A DNA stretch of 63,585 nucleotides, filler included, from Octopus bimaculoides (taxonomy: Eukaryota): assembly GCF_001194135.2 (NCBI RefSeq). It is 10 parts of 9 records of this genome, joined end to end, with 100 filler letters (N's around TTAATTAATTAA, not from the genome) between each part and the next. Parts side by side here need not be neighbours in the genome. Positions count along the whole stretch, not along the records: positions 16,317 to 26,627 come from NC_068984.1; positions 26,728 to 29,715 come from NC_068985.1; positions 29,816 to 34,335 come from NC_068988.1; positions 34,436 to 45,904 come from NC_068983.1; 6 more parts are not named here. One strand, written 5' to 3'. The notes beneath the pieces are model-generated. The model was not told where the DNA came from. It made no database searches and saw only the letters and a list, made by a program, of their open reading frames with translations. Positions 25,774-37,740 of the stretch are shown here, in pieces. Numbering within the stretch: the first letter of the stretch is position 1; each line of letters starts with the position of its first letter. The position numbers were made by a program, and so were the translations under genes.

Positions 25774-26379
25774 TATATGTGCATGCATGTATATATATAT
25801 GTATATAATTATGAAAGATGTTAGAAAATTGATTAAAAATATAAAATAATGCAATAAATAGAGTTTTTGTCGATTCTGACGGATGTCCAGTGAAAATATT
25901 AACCTGATTGTGAAGAAATGACAGGCTTAGAAATAGTATGCTGGAAAGAATTGAAAAGTCAGTACAGCAAAAATAGAAAGAATGTTATTTACGTAACAAA
26001 AGAAGAAAAAATGAAACGAAACAAAATGAAATGGATAAAGAAAGAAAAAACAAAGGAGGCGAAATTAATGGAATGAATATAATTTGAGAAAAGTGGTTAT
26101 GATAATAATGACACTGGTGTTGATGATGATGATGATGATGATGATGAAAAGTAAACGCGTGTTGAATAGTAGTAGTAGTGATATTGCTGCTGGTGGTGGT
26201 GGTAGTTCTGGTGATGGTGGTGGTTGTGGTGGCAGTGACTGGTTTGAGGATGATGACGATGATGATAGCTGTGGTGAATTGAACAGAAATAGTAGTCTCG
26301 TAAAGAAAATATTTTTTAAACATGTCTTTTAACTTTCTGAATATCCTTCAATATTTTCTATATTCATTTATTTCTATGG

Positions 26380-26434
<55 letters not shown>

Positions 26435-26729
26435 CTTAGCCATTTTATTTTGAGAATGGCGATTCCAAGCCATGTGACGAACGCCGGTCTGTTTGGCCAC
26501 TCGTACGCAATAACCTTTCCTACCCTGCCTTCCCCACAACTTCACGAAGGAGGGAACAAAGGAAGTAGCACACAAACAGGTGCCAGTGTTAGCATGAACG
26601 CTAACACCGCCACTACCATCACCACCANNNNNNNNNNNNNNNNNNNNNNNNNNNNNNNNNNNNNNNNNNNNTTAATTAATTAANNNNNNNNNNNNNNNNN
26701 NNNNNNNNNNNNNNNNNNNNNNNNNNNTA

Positions 26730-27120
26730 CAAACGCACGAACGATGTCATAAATAACAGTGACAAACGAAATATATACCGCTGATAGTTGTTGTTGACAA
26801 CAGATAGTTGTTGTTGACAAACAACGGCGCTAATTTTATTCAAGGGAAAAGATCCCGTGACACCGTTGTTTACATTCCACGACATTAATTGTTTTCACCT
26901 CAATAGACGTCAGTGATTGGTTGAAATTACCGAAATACGACAATTTTTTACATGAAATAACTTCGAATACAAAATTTTTTATCTGTTCTATAACACAAAA
27001 TATACAAGTATTCGAAGTTTGAAAGTGTTTCGGTACCAAAAACACTACATAAAACATAAATGAAAAATGTTGCCCGTCAAACTAAAAAGATCCAAATTAT
27101 TATCAAATAAAATGTTTTTG
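26730..27120. mobile_element. Probable DNA transposon fragment
   Basis: 18-bp tandem gatagttgttgttgacaa and a gattggttgaaattacc motif like those at 22240-22570 and 23380-23460. No termini seen. Confidence 0.3.
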
Positions 27121-27187
27121 TGCCTATTAATTACCGCTCAAAAACTTTGAAACAGAAATGCTCCCACTTCTAATATCATAACCATAT

Positions 27188-27410
27188 TGAGACGGCAAGC
27201 AGGCAGAGTTGTTAGCAAGTTGAACAAGAAGTTTTGCTGTATTTTGCCCACATTTGTGCTCTGAGTTCAAATTTTGCCAAGGTCAACTTTACCTTTCATC
27301 CATTTGGGGGTCGATAAATTAAGTACCAGTCAAGCACTGGGGTTGGTGTAATTGACTAGACCTGTTCCTCCAAAATTTCAGCCTTTGTGGCTGCATTAGA
27401 AAGGAATATC
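27188..27410 (+). mobile_element. SINE B
   Basis: gagttcaaattttgccaaggtcaactttacctttcatccatttgggggtcgataaattaagtaccag. Confidence 0.8.
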
Positions 27411-27589
27411 GTAGCCATATTGAACCATACTTATTTTTAAAGAACATTTTATAGGGAAACAAAATCAGAAAATAATTTTCTAAAAATCATGGAGGGAAGT
27501 AAAACAACTATCACTGTTTAATTGAAGGTAGATACTATATTTTTTTAATATACTCATCAATTATTTAATGCATTATAGATGTGCTTTAT

Positions 27590-27890
27590 GGAGGAACATG
27601 GCTTAGTGGTTAGAGCAGGGGACTTGCAGTTGAAGGATTGCAGGTTTGAATCTCAGACCAGGTGATGTGTGTGCTTATGAACAAAATACCTAAGCTCCAC
27701 ACAGCTCCAGCAGAAGGTAATGGCAAACTTCTGCTGTCTCTTTTGCCACAACTTTCTCTCACACTTTCCCCCTACATCTAGCAGCTCATCTGCGACGGAC
27801 CAACATCCCGTCCAGGTGGGGAACCTATACACCAATGAAACTGGCCCTTATGAGACAGGCATGGCTCGAGAAGGAACGAACAACAACATA
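27590..27890 (+). mobile_element. tRNA-derived SINE family D with (AAC)n tail
   Basis: A box tggcttagtgg, B box ggtttgaatc, tail ggcatggctcgagaaggaacgaacaacaaca. Confidence 0.65.
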
Positions 27891-29559
27891 GATGTGCTTT
27901 GATTGAAAAAGAATGTTTATGATTTTGGTATTTTCGAGAGTTCGCTATAATTATTGCATTGGTTCTTAGGTTTGATTAATGTGGTTTTGGTATATGTGGA
28001 GCTCCGCAAGAATTAATGAACCACACTAATCAAAGAATTCCAGTAATAGGTATTCGATGAGCTTCTTTCCAGTTTCTGTTGCGTTGTTGCTACAGGTAGA
28101 TATGAACTCTGTTACTATGAATTTGCCTTCGGCTTCACATAATTTATACTTGCATCTTTTCTCTACAACGAACTAAGTAATTTGCACATGACTGCAATTG
28201 GTACGTCTGATTATGTTTATAAATACCATATATTTTCCATCTAATAACTGAAAAAGATCAAAAATAAAATATATACTCTTCGTTATCGAATAATCGTATG
28301 AAATCATCAGTAAAACAAACTTGCAAATTGACTAAACACAGGTTGACAGCTAGCTAAAGGGCAAGCAGTGAAAAGTCTGCTTGACTCTCCCTTTCTCTTT
28401 GTTTGTATATCTCTTTAACGCTTTCTTCTCAAAGAGAATAATAGAACTCTCTTGCAATGATTGAAAGCAAGCAGGGGAAAAAAAAAAACTACTTCTGTTT
28501 GTCTTTCTATTTCTGGTCACTCCCTCAAAAAGAACAGGAAAGTGATTAATTCACTACTTCCCCTTCTTTTCTCGCTCAGCAAACCGGAACTTTTTCTACT
28601 TAATATCAATTGGTTACAATTCATTCTAAGAAGTGAAGAAATGGGAAGAACAAAAAATATTTATCTATAATTAAGTTTATGGAGAGACTTCCTTCCCACC
28701 ATTTTCTCGCAAATGCTGATTTTTGCCAAAAATTTTTGCAGATTCGTATTCTCCGTAGCTGAAAACGGGTTTGTGTAGAAAAATTAAATAAAAGAATGGG
28801 GTGTGTTGGTGGGGGTACAAAAGGAAGTCTTGTTAAATTTATATTACATAAAAATTATTTGGCCTGGAAAAATAGTAAAACATGCGTTGCATACACTATA
28901 AAGTTTACATGAAGTTAAATACATGCCCAATCATAGAGTGACTAATAGTTTTGCATCCCTAAAGCGCTTATCTTTATAGACTCATCAGATTCTAATACCT
29001 GAAGGGATGTAACTTCTCTTCAAATTGGAAGTAGAAAACCATTACAATCTGTTAATTTGTAAACAAAATAATAACACACACTCTGTTATTTCTGGGGAGA
29101 GTCTTTCTCTTTTGGCGCCTTATAATTTAACACACTCACTGGTAAAATTTCCACTTATTTCTTTTTATATTTCTAAAATTTTCATTGCGTCTTGCAACCT
29201 TTTCAATAGTTTTGACTCTGTCCGTTACTCACGCTGTATTCCTTTTTGTTTGTTTGTGCGCATGTGTGTGGATCAGTGTGTGTGTGTCTATACGTGCATG
29301 TATGTATGTATGTATGTATACATGTATGTATGTGTGTGTGTGTGCATATGTATCTATTTATGTGTGTTCATTTGTATGTATGTATTCTGCATATTCTGTG
29401 CAGCACGGAATTTTGTCAGTGAACAGGTCGCAGTCTCAAAGTGACGAAAATATTTTGGCAAATTAAATTTAGATGTTGAAGGGAATCTAACGGTTTTTGT
29501 GTTTCTTAAATGGTTTATAAATACCTTCCATACTGCAATTATATATATATATTGAAAAC

Positions 29560-29715
29560 TACCTTAGGGATGAGAACACAGGTTCGAAATTTCCCCAAGA
29601 CACCTGATGAAGGCTGAAGGGTATATCAGCCGAAATGTTATGTTAACAACAAACAAGATGAGGACAAATATCTGTCAATTGTAAATAATGTAAATAATGT
29701 AAAGAAATATCCATG
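29560..29715 (+). mobile_element. Penelope-like element terminus with degenerate hammerhead motif
   Basis: gacac-CTGATGA-a-ggctg..cagcc-GAAAtgttatgtt followed by aatgtaaataatgtaa repeats, the usual look of a PLE end. Confidence 0.6.
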
Positions 29716-30404
29716 NNNNNNNNNNNNNNNNNNNNNNNNNNNNNNNNNNNNNNNNNNNNTTAATTAATTAANNNNNNNNNNNNNNNNNNNNNNNNNNNNN
29801 NNNNNNNNNNNNNNNAAAGATAGAAAAATTATTAAAAATATCAAAATATCAAAATATCAAAATAATAACCATTCAATAATCCTCCCTTCATCCATTATAA
29901 TAACATGTATATTATATACAAAAAACATATTACATAAATTATCATTGTTTTAAATTATCTTTATTTTAAATACAATTTGAACGAAGTTTAGGTTTAAAAT
30001 AATAATGAAGATAAAATTAGTACATATTTAACCGGTGTAATAGTTAAAGCTATACTATTTAAAGCTAAAAAGGTTTATCTAATTATCATTAAAAATCAAT
30101 TGAATAATAGAAAAATACAAGAATATTTATTTCTACAAAAGTAAGAATAAAAATATGACTGAAAAAAATATGAATGAAAAAATTATGAATGAAAAAATCA
30201 GGAAAGAACAAAATTATTAAGAATAAAAGATTAAACTTTATATATATATACAAAGTTTTAATAAAAAACCTTTAGCGATATTATAAACAATAAAGACTAA
30301 TTATTAATCAAATATCAATCAAAAATAATCGAAAATATATCAACACTATTGAAATCGAAGTTCTAGTATTATGTAGAAATGAAACTATAACTTCTAAATA
30401 ATTT

Positions 30405-30458
30405 AGTGTTAAATAAGTGTTAAATAAGTGTTAAAGTGTTAAATAAGTGTTAAATAAG
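30405..30458. repeat. Short tandem of tgttaaataag (about 4 units) in a very AT-rich block
   Basis: gtgttaaataagtgttaaataagtgttaaagtgttaaataagtgttaaataag. Confidence 0.8.
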
Positions 30459-30585
30459 TTATCTATTAAAAATAATCTATAAAGAACCAAATGAATAATA
30501 TAAAAAACAGGAATACATATTATTTTCAAATAGTAGAAAATCTTTAGCAAAATAAAATCAGTACTTATCCATTGCCCTAAAACTA

Positions 30586-30616
<31 letters not shown>

Positions 30617-31464
30617 GTTCTAAATTCTGGTTTAATGTAATTTTTATTTTACCACAACGCTCACAACTTAACAAATGTAAATCGGGTATTACTCTTCAAT
30701 ATCTTCAATTTTAGTGGCGATCTATTGCTAAATTAGCGAATGCGCGCCTTCCCTTTTTAAGACATTAGAGCATGATTTGAGGAGTATTTGACTGTTGTTT
30801 TTAGTAGATTAAAAGACAGAGGCCGAACATCTTTCTCGTTAGCCCTTTGTTTTCTCATTGTTTTAATAAAAACCAGTTATCTACCTCACACCATTTTTCC
30901 TTCCTGTCAACTAATGTATGACCTATGTGCCAATAGAAGAGCAATCAATATCACTGTGCACACATCTTCCTTTCATATTAATCAAATTACTTCCCCTATA
31001 CGTGCTCCGTAACAAACTACGTCTAGAATATAATCTTTATTGAATATTCATAAATGGATGCACGCTACACATACACATGTACACGCAATAATAATCACAG
31101 AGAAAAGCAGGTACACTTAACAAGCACTACCACAAGCATACACAAACATCACAAACACTATTCATTTATTTCATTCACATGCATGGCATATATATGCATC
31201 AACCAACCCATAGTAATAAAGAGATAATTGCATACACAATTATTACATTGCTCATTGCAATTAAGACTAGTCATCGAAGAGTGGAAGTTAATCGCACTTT
31301 TCATGCGTCATTTCGTGAATAGAGTTCAAGGGTCAGGTTCGATTTCCATTAGAAGTTATATCATCTCGTCTGCTTTTCTTTAATGCCTTCGTAGATAACA
31401 GAAAACATTTATAAATATACAATTCGCATAAGATGAATTTTTCTGGAACTGTTATATGTGGGTT

Positions 31465-32129
31465 AACACTGGTTTCAAATTTTGACACAAGACCAGACAT
31501 TTTGCGGGAGAGAGAGGTCGACTACATCAAACCTCCTTCTCAACTGATACCTATTGTAACGACCCTGAAAGGATGAAAAGCAAAATTGTCCTCGGTGAAA
31601 TTTAGACTCAAAACGTGAAGACGAACGCTATACCGCTAAGCATTTTGCCAGGCGTGCTAATGATTCTGCCAGCTCACCGCCTTCAGACGTGATATAATAA
31701 TCATTCCCACTAAAGGCACAAGGCCTAAATTTTGTAGGATGGAGTTAGTCGATTACACTGACCCCCAGAGTTTCACTAGTACTTAATTTATCACCTTCAA
31801 AGGATAAGAGGCAAAGTCGACCCGAACTGAATTTGAACTCAGCACGTGAAGTCGGACGAAATGCAGCGAAGCATTTTGCCCGACGTGCTAACGATTCTGC
31901 CAGCTCACCGCTTTCAGATGTGGTTTAATAATTCTTTCAAATTTTTACCACAAGGGCAGCTTCGGGGAAGGAATGAAATCGATTAAATGGACCCTAGTGC
32001 GAAACAGGTACTTCTTTAATCAACCTCGAAATGATGAAAGGCAAAGTCGACCTCGGCGGAATTTGAACTCAGAACGTAGGGACGGGCGAAATACTAGCGG
32101 GCTAACGATTCTGCCAGCTCGCTGCCTTC
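31465..32129 (-). mobile_element. Three head-to-tail SINE B copies (about 31465-31683, 31693-31914, 31927-32129)
   Basis: Each ends on the plus strand in gattctgccagctc.c.gc.ttc and carries the atgaaaggcaaagtcgac..aatttgaactcag core. Confidence 0.85.
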
Positions 32130-34044
32130 AAATGGTTTTTAATAGTGACGATTATCGTTACCCACACTTACAGCTTGCTTGTGAAGGCGTTTATGTTTTT
32201 TCCTTGTATGTTCTTTAGTTTGTTTTAGCCATCGCAACTATGGTATATGATTTTACTACATGTAGCAAGCGAATTTTGCACATGTTGGGGCACAACTACC
32301 AGTGTATGCGTGCGTGTATGGATGCATGTATGCATGCATGTATGGATCAGGCACATACACACACACGCATTTTGCTGATACATATCAACAGATAGAATTT
32401 TAAAAAACAGGTCATTCTGAATTGAGTTCCTTAAGTTATTGCCTGTCACTTTTAGGACACACACACAAAAAAACAATGATAAGGACTGGATAATGTTTCA
32501 TCATAGGTCTGATTAATCGGTGACGACCTGTCACTAAACAAAAATTTCATTACATTGTCTTGTGTCTTCACCTCCTGATGGAGTTGTAGGGTAGCCTTGG
32601 CTGTTTTAGATCTAGTGAATACAACCTTCATCACGTTTGAAAACATTTTTGCTTCTTCAAGGAAGAGAGAAAAAAACAGAAAGAAAAGAATGGACAACAA
32701 TACAAGCATTTTATTTGCCTACCTAGAACTGATGAAAGGCAAAGTTGACAGCAGTAGTACCAGTGCGAAGAGAGCTAGAATGAATACAGCAAAGTAACAT
32801 AACGAACGATTTAACAAACCAGCCAGTTTGCTATCTTAGACACTAACAGTGCAGCTTGCAGATTTCATACAGTCTTAACACAGATTATATAAACTCCAGC
32901 TGGCTGTATTTTTTTTCTGCCAAGTAGTTTATGCTAAATGTTAAAATACCGACAACAATTCCTGGAGATTCCTAAATCCAATGAAGCCGAACAATACAAA
33001 TATTCATCCTAGAGGCGATGTAAGTTAAGTTATAATTAGCTTTGGTTGTACATACTTTAAAACTGAAAAAATACACAAAAGATTTACCACCTCCTTGTTC
33101 TGCAATAATAATGGCAAGACTATTCATGTATGATTTCCTAAAGCAGTAGGGCAGTGGTTTACCAACCGCTTAAATGTTTTGCAGCATCTAGTTATGTTGT
33201 TCCATGGTTTCAGTTCAAATCCGGCTATGGTATACTTTGATATTCGTCGTTTCCGAATAGATTGTGTAAGTATCATTGGTGTAGACATAGCAGCACGGTT
33301 AAGATTTTTTATTTCTCAAACAACTATTTCCGGTTTCAATTCCCTTGTGCATTAGCCTAGAATTGACCAATATTTTGTGCGGGGAATTGTATAGATGGTA
33401 ACTGTAAGGAAACCGATTGTGTATGAGTTTACTACATGCAGCAAGCGAGTTTTGCCCATGTTGGGGCACAACTACCAGTGTATGTGTATGTGTATGGATG
33501 CATGTATGGATTAGGCACACACATACACACTCATTTTTTGATACATATCGACGGATAAAGTAAAAAAGAAAAAACAACGGTTTTTTCCGAATTGAGTCCC
33601 TTAAGTTATTGCCTGTCACTTTCAACTTCAGAAGTGAAGTGAGCTAGTGATTGGTCTGTTCGAAACGTGTAAGAGACGATGTTATAAGTCACTAATTTGA
33701 ATATAAAATAAACCTAATAAAATGTATAATCACTGGATTCTAATTGTTCAGATGCCCCACTCTTTCAAACATTTTAATACTATGGTCTACCAAGGTTTAA
33801 CATTCTTATTATCAAAAGTAGTAAAATGTTCGAAATGACAGCGATCTCTATGGCTTACTTGCATTCACAGTGGTTTTAGTTCAAATATCTTCCATGCTTG
33901 AAGTTTTCTCTCGTCTATTAGATAGAAGTGAAATACCATCCGATGGAGTACTGATATTTATATCCTTTCCTTTATCCTCCATTCCATAAAATATTAAAAA
34001 ATGTGTAATCTACTCATATTTATATTCATTAATGTAATTCAAAT

Positions 34045-34270
34045 CAAAGGGTGTGAGCTGGCAGAATTGCCAGCTCACCAAATATTACCAAAATATTTAG
34101 GGGTAATTCTCGTTTTGAGCTCAAATCCCACGGATGTCAACTTTACCCTTTATGCTTCCGGGGGTCCATTAACTGAAATAATAGCAAAATACTGGGATCG
34201 ATGCAATCGAATTGCCCCCCCCCACCCCCACACTCAGAATTATTGCCCTTATGACAAAATTACAGAAAAA
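34045..34270 (+). mobile_element. Degenerate SINE B
   Basis: gggtgtgagctggcagaatt..gagctcaaatccc..gtcaactttaccctttatgcttccgggg. Confidence 0.65.
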
Positions 34271-34435
34271 TTACTGTACCTTTAAAAGCCTGTGAGTTAG
34301 TAAAATCATTAGAGTGTAGTGTAAAATACTTCTATNNNNNNNNNNNNNNNNNNNNNNNNNNNNNNNNNNNNNNNNNNNNTTAATTAATTAANNNNNNNNN
34401 NNNNNNNNNNNNNNNNNNNNNNNNNNNNNNNNNNN

Positions 34436-34472
<37 letters not shown>

Positions 34473-34496
34473 GTGCGTGTGTGTGTGTGTATTATA

Positions 34497-34715
34497 TTGT
34501 ACCAATGCTACCATCCACTCCATCTAAATTCAAGAGCATGTACTGCAATAGTCTAGGATTCAAAGACCCACAGCTCTTCAATGCCCTGCCACAAAAATTA
34601 AGAAATTTGCATAAAGTGGGAGTAGATGTCTTCAAAAAAAAACTAGATATTCTCCTCTCCACAATACCGGATGAACCAACAGCCCGGCATGAGGTATAGA
34701 CGAGTGCAGTGGAAT
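34497..34715 (+). mobile_element. CR1/L2-group LINE 3' end (same family as 3975-4385)
   Basis: YCNSLGFKDPQLFNALPQKLRNLHKVGVDVFKKKLDILLSTIPDEPT. Confidence 0.8.
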
Positions 34716-34729
34716 ATAAAAAAAAATCC

Positions 34730-35760
34730 CTTGTACACCAAATGTACCCCCAGCTGGGACAAAGGCACATACAGGAATGGAGATGTGAAACACCCAAACT
34801 GAGGAAATCAGAAATTCCAATGAAGAAGCCTTGGATCTAAGTTAGAAAGCGGTTCTTTCTCTATTCGCAAGAAATCTTGAAATAAACTGAATAATGACAC
34901 ACATACATACATACATACATACATACATACATACATACATACATACATACCAACATGAAAACATATCTTATATAGCACTTGTAACACATGTCACAAGGAA
35001 TATTACAGTTGAATAAAGAAAATTTGGAACTCAGAACTCTCTGCATTCAATAAAACAGTGGCCCACAATGTGTTTGCAGTGCCAGTACTCATACCAACAT
35101 TTGGACTGTTTGATTGGACGCTTGATGAGATCCGAGCCATTGAGGTGAAAACCCGAAAAATTCTAACCAGCACACAATTTTCACATCAACACTGACGCAG
35201 ACTGCCACTACCTAAAACCAAAACAAGGCGGAAGAGGCATAACATCGATCCAAAATGCCTTTAAACGTCGCATCATATCTCTTCAGTAACGTATATTAAC
35301 CACCAAGAGTCAAAGCGCATCCCTAGACTAAGTTTGAATGCATGAGACTGATAACATCATAAGACTTAGGGAGCAGCTCCTTGAACAGCACTCCTTGTCT
35401 GATAACTTTAAATACATGCCCAGAGAAGTGGCAGGGTATTTTTATATGAATGTATGCATATGTTCAGAGTTGTATGTTTTGTTTTATGTACGTATTCTCA
35501 TGCATATAATTGCACATCTAGACATGCTCATATATATTTAAATGATAAACTTCTGGAAAGTTTTACAGATTTTTACAGTTCCAGTGATGGATTGGATCTG
35601 TAGTCCTCGAATTAGCTTTCTCCTTTCTGGTTTTGAGAAGCCTAATTTCTCATGATTGGTATTTAGGCAGTGTGTTACATATCTCAGTGCCCCTATGTAC
35701 GTATGTATGTATGTATGTATGTATGTATGTATGTATGTATACATGCATGTATGTATGTAT
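34730..35760. mobile_element. Composite of R4-like (CATA) LINE pieces: 3' UTR (+), (CATA)n, RT thumb (+), C-terminus/UTR (-), (TATG)n
   Basis: 34800-34900 is homologous to the 25107-25190 UTR. 34955-35420 encodes KIWNSELSAFNKTVAHNVFAVPVLIPTFGLFDWTLDEIRAIEVKTRKIL..GGRGI. 35538-35700 (minus) encodes LGFSKPERRKLIRGLQIQSITGTVKICKTFQKF. Confidence 0.75.
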
Positions 35761-36000
35761 ATATGTAAATATAATTGTGTGTATGCAGTGGTTACATGTA
35801 TTTCGATAAATTGTATAGAATGTATGTAAGAGAGTATATAGGTGTATGCTGTTAACGAATGTACCCTTGAAATGACGACTGAAAAATCATAAGAGCTGAA
35901 ACTAAATTACTATCTTTCAGATGACAGTTACGACAAGCAATTTACTTATGAAACGTCATTTCTGTCTTGTTCTGAACTTTTGTGTAATATTGTTTTCCAA

Positions 36001-36003
<3 letters not shown>

Positions 36004-36096
<93 letters not shown>

Positions 36097-36120
36097 TTCT
36101 CTCTTTCTTTCTCTCTCTTT
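36004..36120. repeat. (CT)n microsatellite
   Basis: Direct reading; similar tract at 38465-38600. Confidence 0.95.
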
Positions 36121-36544
36121 ATACATAAATACCTATGCCTAAGTGTGTGTCTAGATACATACTCTTTGCTAAATGTCTGAATATAAAAAAAACTGAATAT
36201 TTTTCTAAATGATTTAATGTAATGATAAAATCTAATTATCTGCAAAATATTTACAAGAAACAAAGTTAATTTGTTTATATCATATTTTATGATATATGAA
36301 CAGTGAAATATTTCAAATTTTGTCTTCAATTTGACATTTAAGATACGACAAGGTAGATGAATAGTTCATAAATTTATGGAATTGTCAACGGTAAAATGGA
36401 TTAAACTATTCCATATTCGGGAAGATAAGTTTCGTAACAAGACATATAAGTACACTACGGCTTAGTTAGTCTGAACGAAGAATTTTTCTTCCACATTGCG
36501 CAATAAATTTTTAAATTGTCAATTATTTTGGGCTTCGTCATATA

Positions 36545-37740
36545 TGTATGCATGCAGATACCCGTTTAGTTTTAATTATTTGAAGTCTTCCTGTCAGGAA
36601 GGCACAGGTTTCTAACAGAGATACAAAGCTCCGTTGCTCGAATGTAGGTTGCAAAAGCAATTCACGTTTTGTTTAGTTTTACTCTGTAACAGATTGTAAT
36701 GCGCGAGTTAGCTGATTGATTTCTTTTCTGAAAACCCTAGCTTGTTTTGATTGTCTTTCATGCATTTTCTCACAAAACCAAATGCACCAATTATTATTGA
36801 CACGAATGGGAATTTATAACTCGGGTATAGAAACTGGAGGTTTCGAAGCAGTTGTGCATAGTTATATTCTTTCTTTGACTTTCGAAGAAATATTCACGTG
36901 AGTGGTGCAGCTCATCTTTATGATGGTACATCATTTTTTCCCAAGCAACAATATCCAGCCTATTATGACCGGGTATTGTTGCTTGGGAACATTCTTTGTG
37001 AATATTCCTTGTGTTGATGTTTATGTAAGTATTAATTAACAGGGCGTTCTCTGTATTTATACCAGGATAGTCTGAGTAGTTCGCTGCCGACAAATAGGAT
37101 AATGTTCTCTTCACTTTTCAGCATGTATTCATTTTTGCTGCTGTTGTTTAGCAAGTGCTGTCTGAGAGAGACTATACAACATTCGAAGGCTGTTTGCTCT
37201 CATCTCAAGTCTCTACTTCATTCATTCCTACTTAGATAGAGACTGTTGATATCACTATTCCTGTGGAAATTTCCAGTTGATATCAGTATCTTGCGAGTTT
37301 TAACGTCTATGGAGTGGATTTCCTTTTTCAGACCAGTCAAGTGCCCCAAATGTTAGAATCAGCACTAGCACTGTTACTGAAAATGCATTGTAGGATATTG
37401 TATTGTTATAAGAGGAGAGTTCCAACAGTCATATTTTTCTAAGTCTGACATTTTCTCGTGTCACTTCAATGCCTGGGTAATTGTGACATTCTTTGTGTGG
37501 GGCAGGAGAGGTAGTAAGAACATTGATGCACAGGTTTTGGGTCCGGGGGCCTGGTTTTCCCCTTTCGACAATCAAGTATGAACATTTCTTATGACCAAAT
37601 TCCATTCCTACGTCAGCTGAAAATGTTGTTATTAATTCCAGCTGCTTTTGACATTGTTAATATTTTTAACATAATTTTTTGAGATCACCCACTGGGAAAT
37701 TATGCTGCATTAATATCTCTACCAGTTGCAGACCCATTTC
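36545..37740 (-). mobile_element. Long degenerate copy of the R4-like (CATA) LINE (RT end, RLE, 3' UTR; internally deleted)
   Basis: TFSADVGMEFGHKKCSYLIVERG; TFGALDW..IHSIDVKTRKILISTGNFHRNSDI; HNRLDIVAWE (HNRPDIV PD motif); NYAQLLRNLQFLYPSYKF..IIIGAFGFV..LGFS; UTR ggagctttgtatctctgttag ending near catacat. Confidence 0.7.

Noticed and set aside
27590-27670. tRNA-like A and B boxes (also in SINE A and B heads)
   Set aside because: No cloverleaf; these are SINE heads, not tRNA genes.
36880-37025. Plus-strand frame with YDRVLL, resembling a methyltransferase motif
   Set aside because: The region is explained as the antisense strand of the R4-like RLE domain.
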